NCBI RefSeq assembly: GCF_006345805.1 | Contig: NC_043002.1 | Coordinates: 50,778,001 to 50,842,000 of the forward strand | Direction of reading: 5' to 3' | DNA length: 64,000 nt | From: Octopus sinensis | Taxonomy: Eukaryota | Shown here: piece by piece, positions 63,194 to 64,000 of the stretch | Numbering within the stretch: position 1 is the first letter of the stretch | Layout of the letters: every line of letters starts with the position of its first letter | Made by a program: the position numbers and the translations under genes | The notes under the pieces: generated by a model | Told to the model about the DNA's origin: nothing | Database searches by the model: none | What the model saw: only the letters and a program-made list of their open reading frames with translations

Positions 63194-64000
63194 CATGCTG
63201 CGATGGGTAAATTTTCGCCATTATATACCTTTAATTTTGCGCATGCGCATGGTTCGATTTTGATTTTGTCGACCACACAGTATAGAAAGCGTTAGTTGGG
63301 TACCATCTGTGAGAAAAAACAGTACCATGACGCAATTCACTCTGCCAGAAATTTGGAAACGACAAGCTATACTGTTTGGCATTCGCACCGGAAGCTCCAA
63401 TACGAACGTCTCAGAGTATTTGGGTGTCAAACTGAGGACACTCAGAGAATTCGGAAGGGGTTAGAATAGTCTAATGGTGATTTGAAGGAACGGCAGCTCG
63501 TGCACTCACTCTGATCGTTCTGATAAGAAAAGAACTCCTGAGTTTGTGGGTGAGATCCAGGCCATGACTGACAACGATCCCTCCAAATCAACCAGGCCCG
63601 TCATCAGGGACATCGGAGTGTCCGAGATTCTTATCAGGCGTGTATTGCATGAAGACATTCGGTATACATCATACAAGATGAGAAAGGGCCAATTTCTATC
63701 CCAAGCCATCATGAACAAGAGGAAAGACAGCGCTACGAAGCTTTTGAACAAGCTCAAGCAGCCCCTGCAACTAAAACAGGCTTTGGTCTTTCTCAGACGA
63801 GAAAACTTTCTGCCAGGATCAGATGGTGAACACACAGAACAACCGTTGGTTTGTTGTGTCCCCAAAACATGTACCGAGAGTGATAAAAGTCAAACACCCA
63901 GTCAACATCATGGTGTTTTGAGTGATCACTAGTGATGGCAACGTTATGCCTCTATTCATCTTACCACACGGCCTCACAATACGGATGCCAACATCAAGTG
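63194..64000 (+). mobile_element. DD37D (maT) Tc1/mariner element, 5' part with degraded transposase, runs off the window
   Basis: TA|CATGCTGCGATGGGTAAATT terminus; ATG at 63327 (MTQFTLPEIWKRQAILFGIR); HEDIRYTSYKMRKGQFLS; frameshifted FSDEKNFCQDQMVNTQNNRW (first catalytic D). Confidence 0.88.

Overview
AT-rich, repeat-saturated metazoan DNA with no intact protein-coding gene. The tRNA-derived SINE families, microsatellite density and TE spectrum match what I know of Octopus/cephalopod genomes, so this is probably intronic or intergenic sequence; the organism call is inference. There is one 100-N assembly gap (9484-9583). Almost all ORFs in the supplied track are microsatellite translations. 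The real coding remnants are transposon-derived: a Buster/SCAND3-type hAT transposase, three DD37D (maT) Tc1/mariner copies, two mariner derivatives, several R4/Dong-like LINE fragments sitting in (TAA)n tracts, a Tx1/L1-like ORF2 3' fragment and an ORF1-only (HAL1-like) element. A non-autonomous Helitron, a Helentron-type HINE and a Merlin-like MITE carrying telomeric repeats are also present. The most notable unannotated structure is a set of fold-back elements from three different families, probably Penelope-like, that carry hammerhead ribozyme motifs with palindromic helix III: a complete mirrored pair at 4157-4493, a minimal variant with the C3-G8 core pair swapped to G3-C8 at 9780-9829 (second copy at about 5386-5429), and a half-ribozyme in a 513-bp near-perfect palindrome at 16834-17346. 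Two candidate spliced exons (60608-60775, 61501-61551) are the only hint of a host gene.
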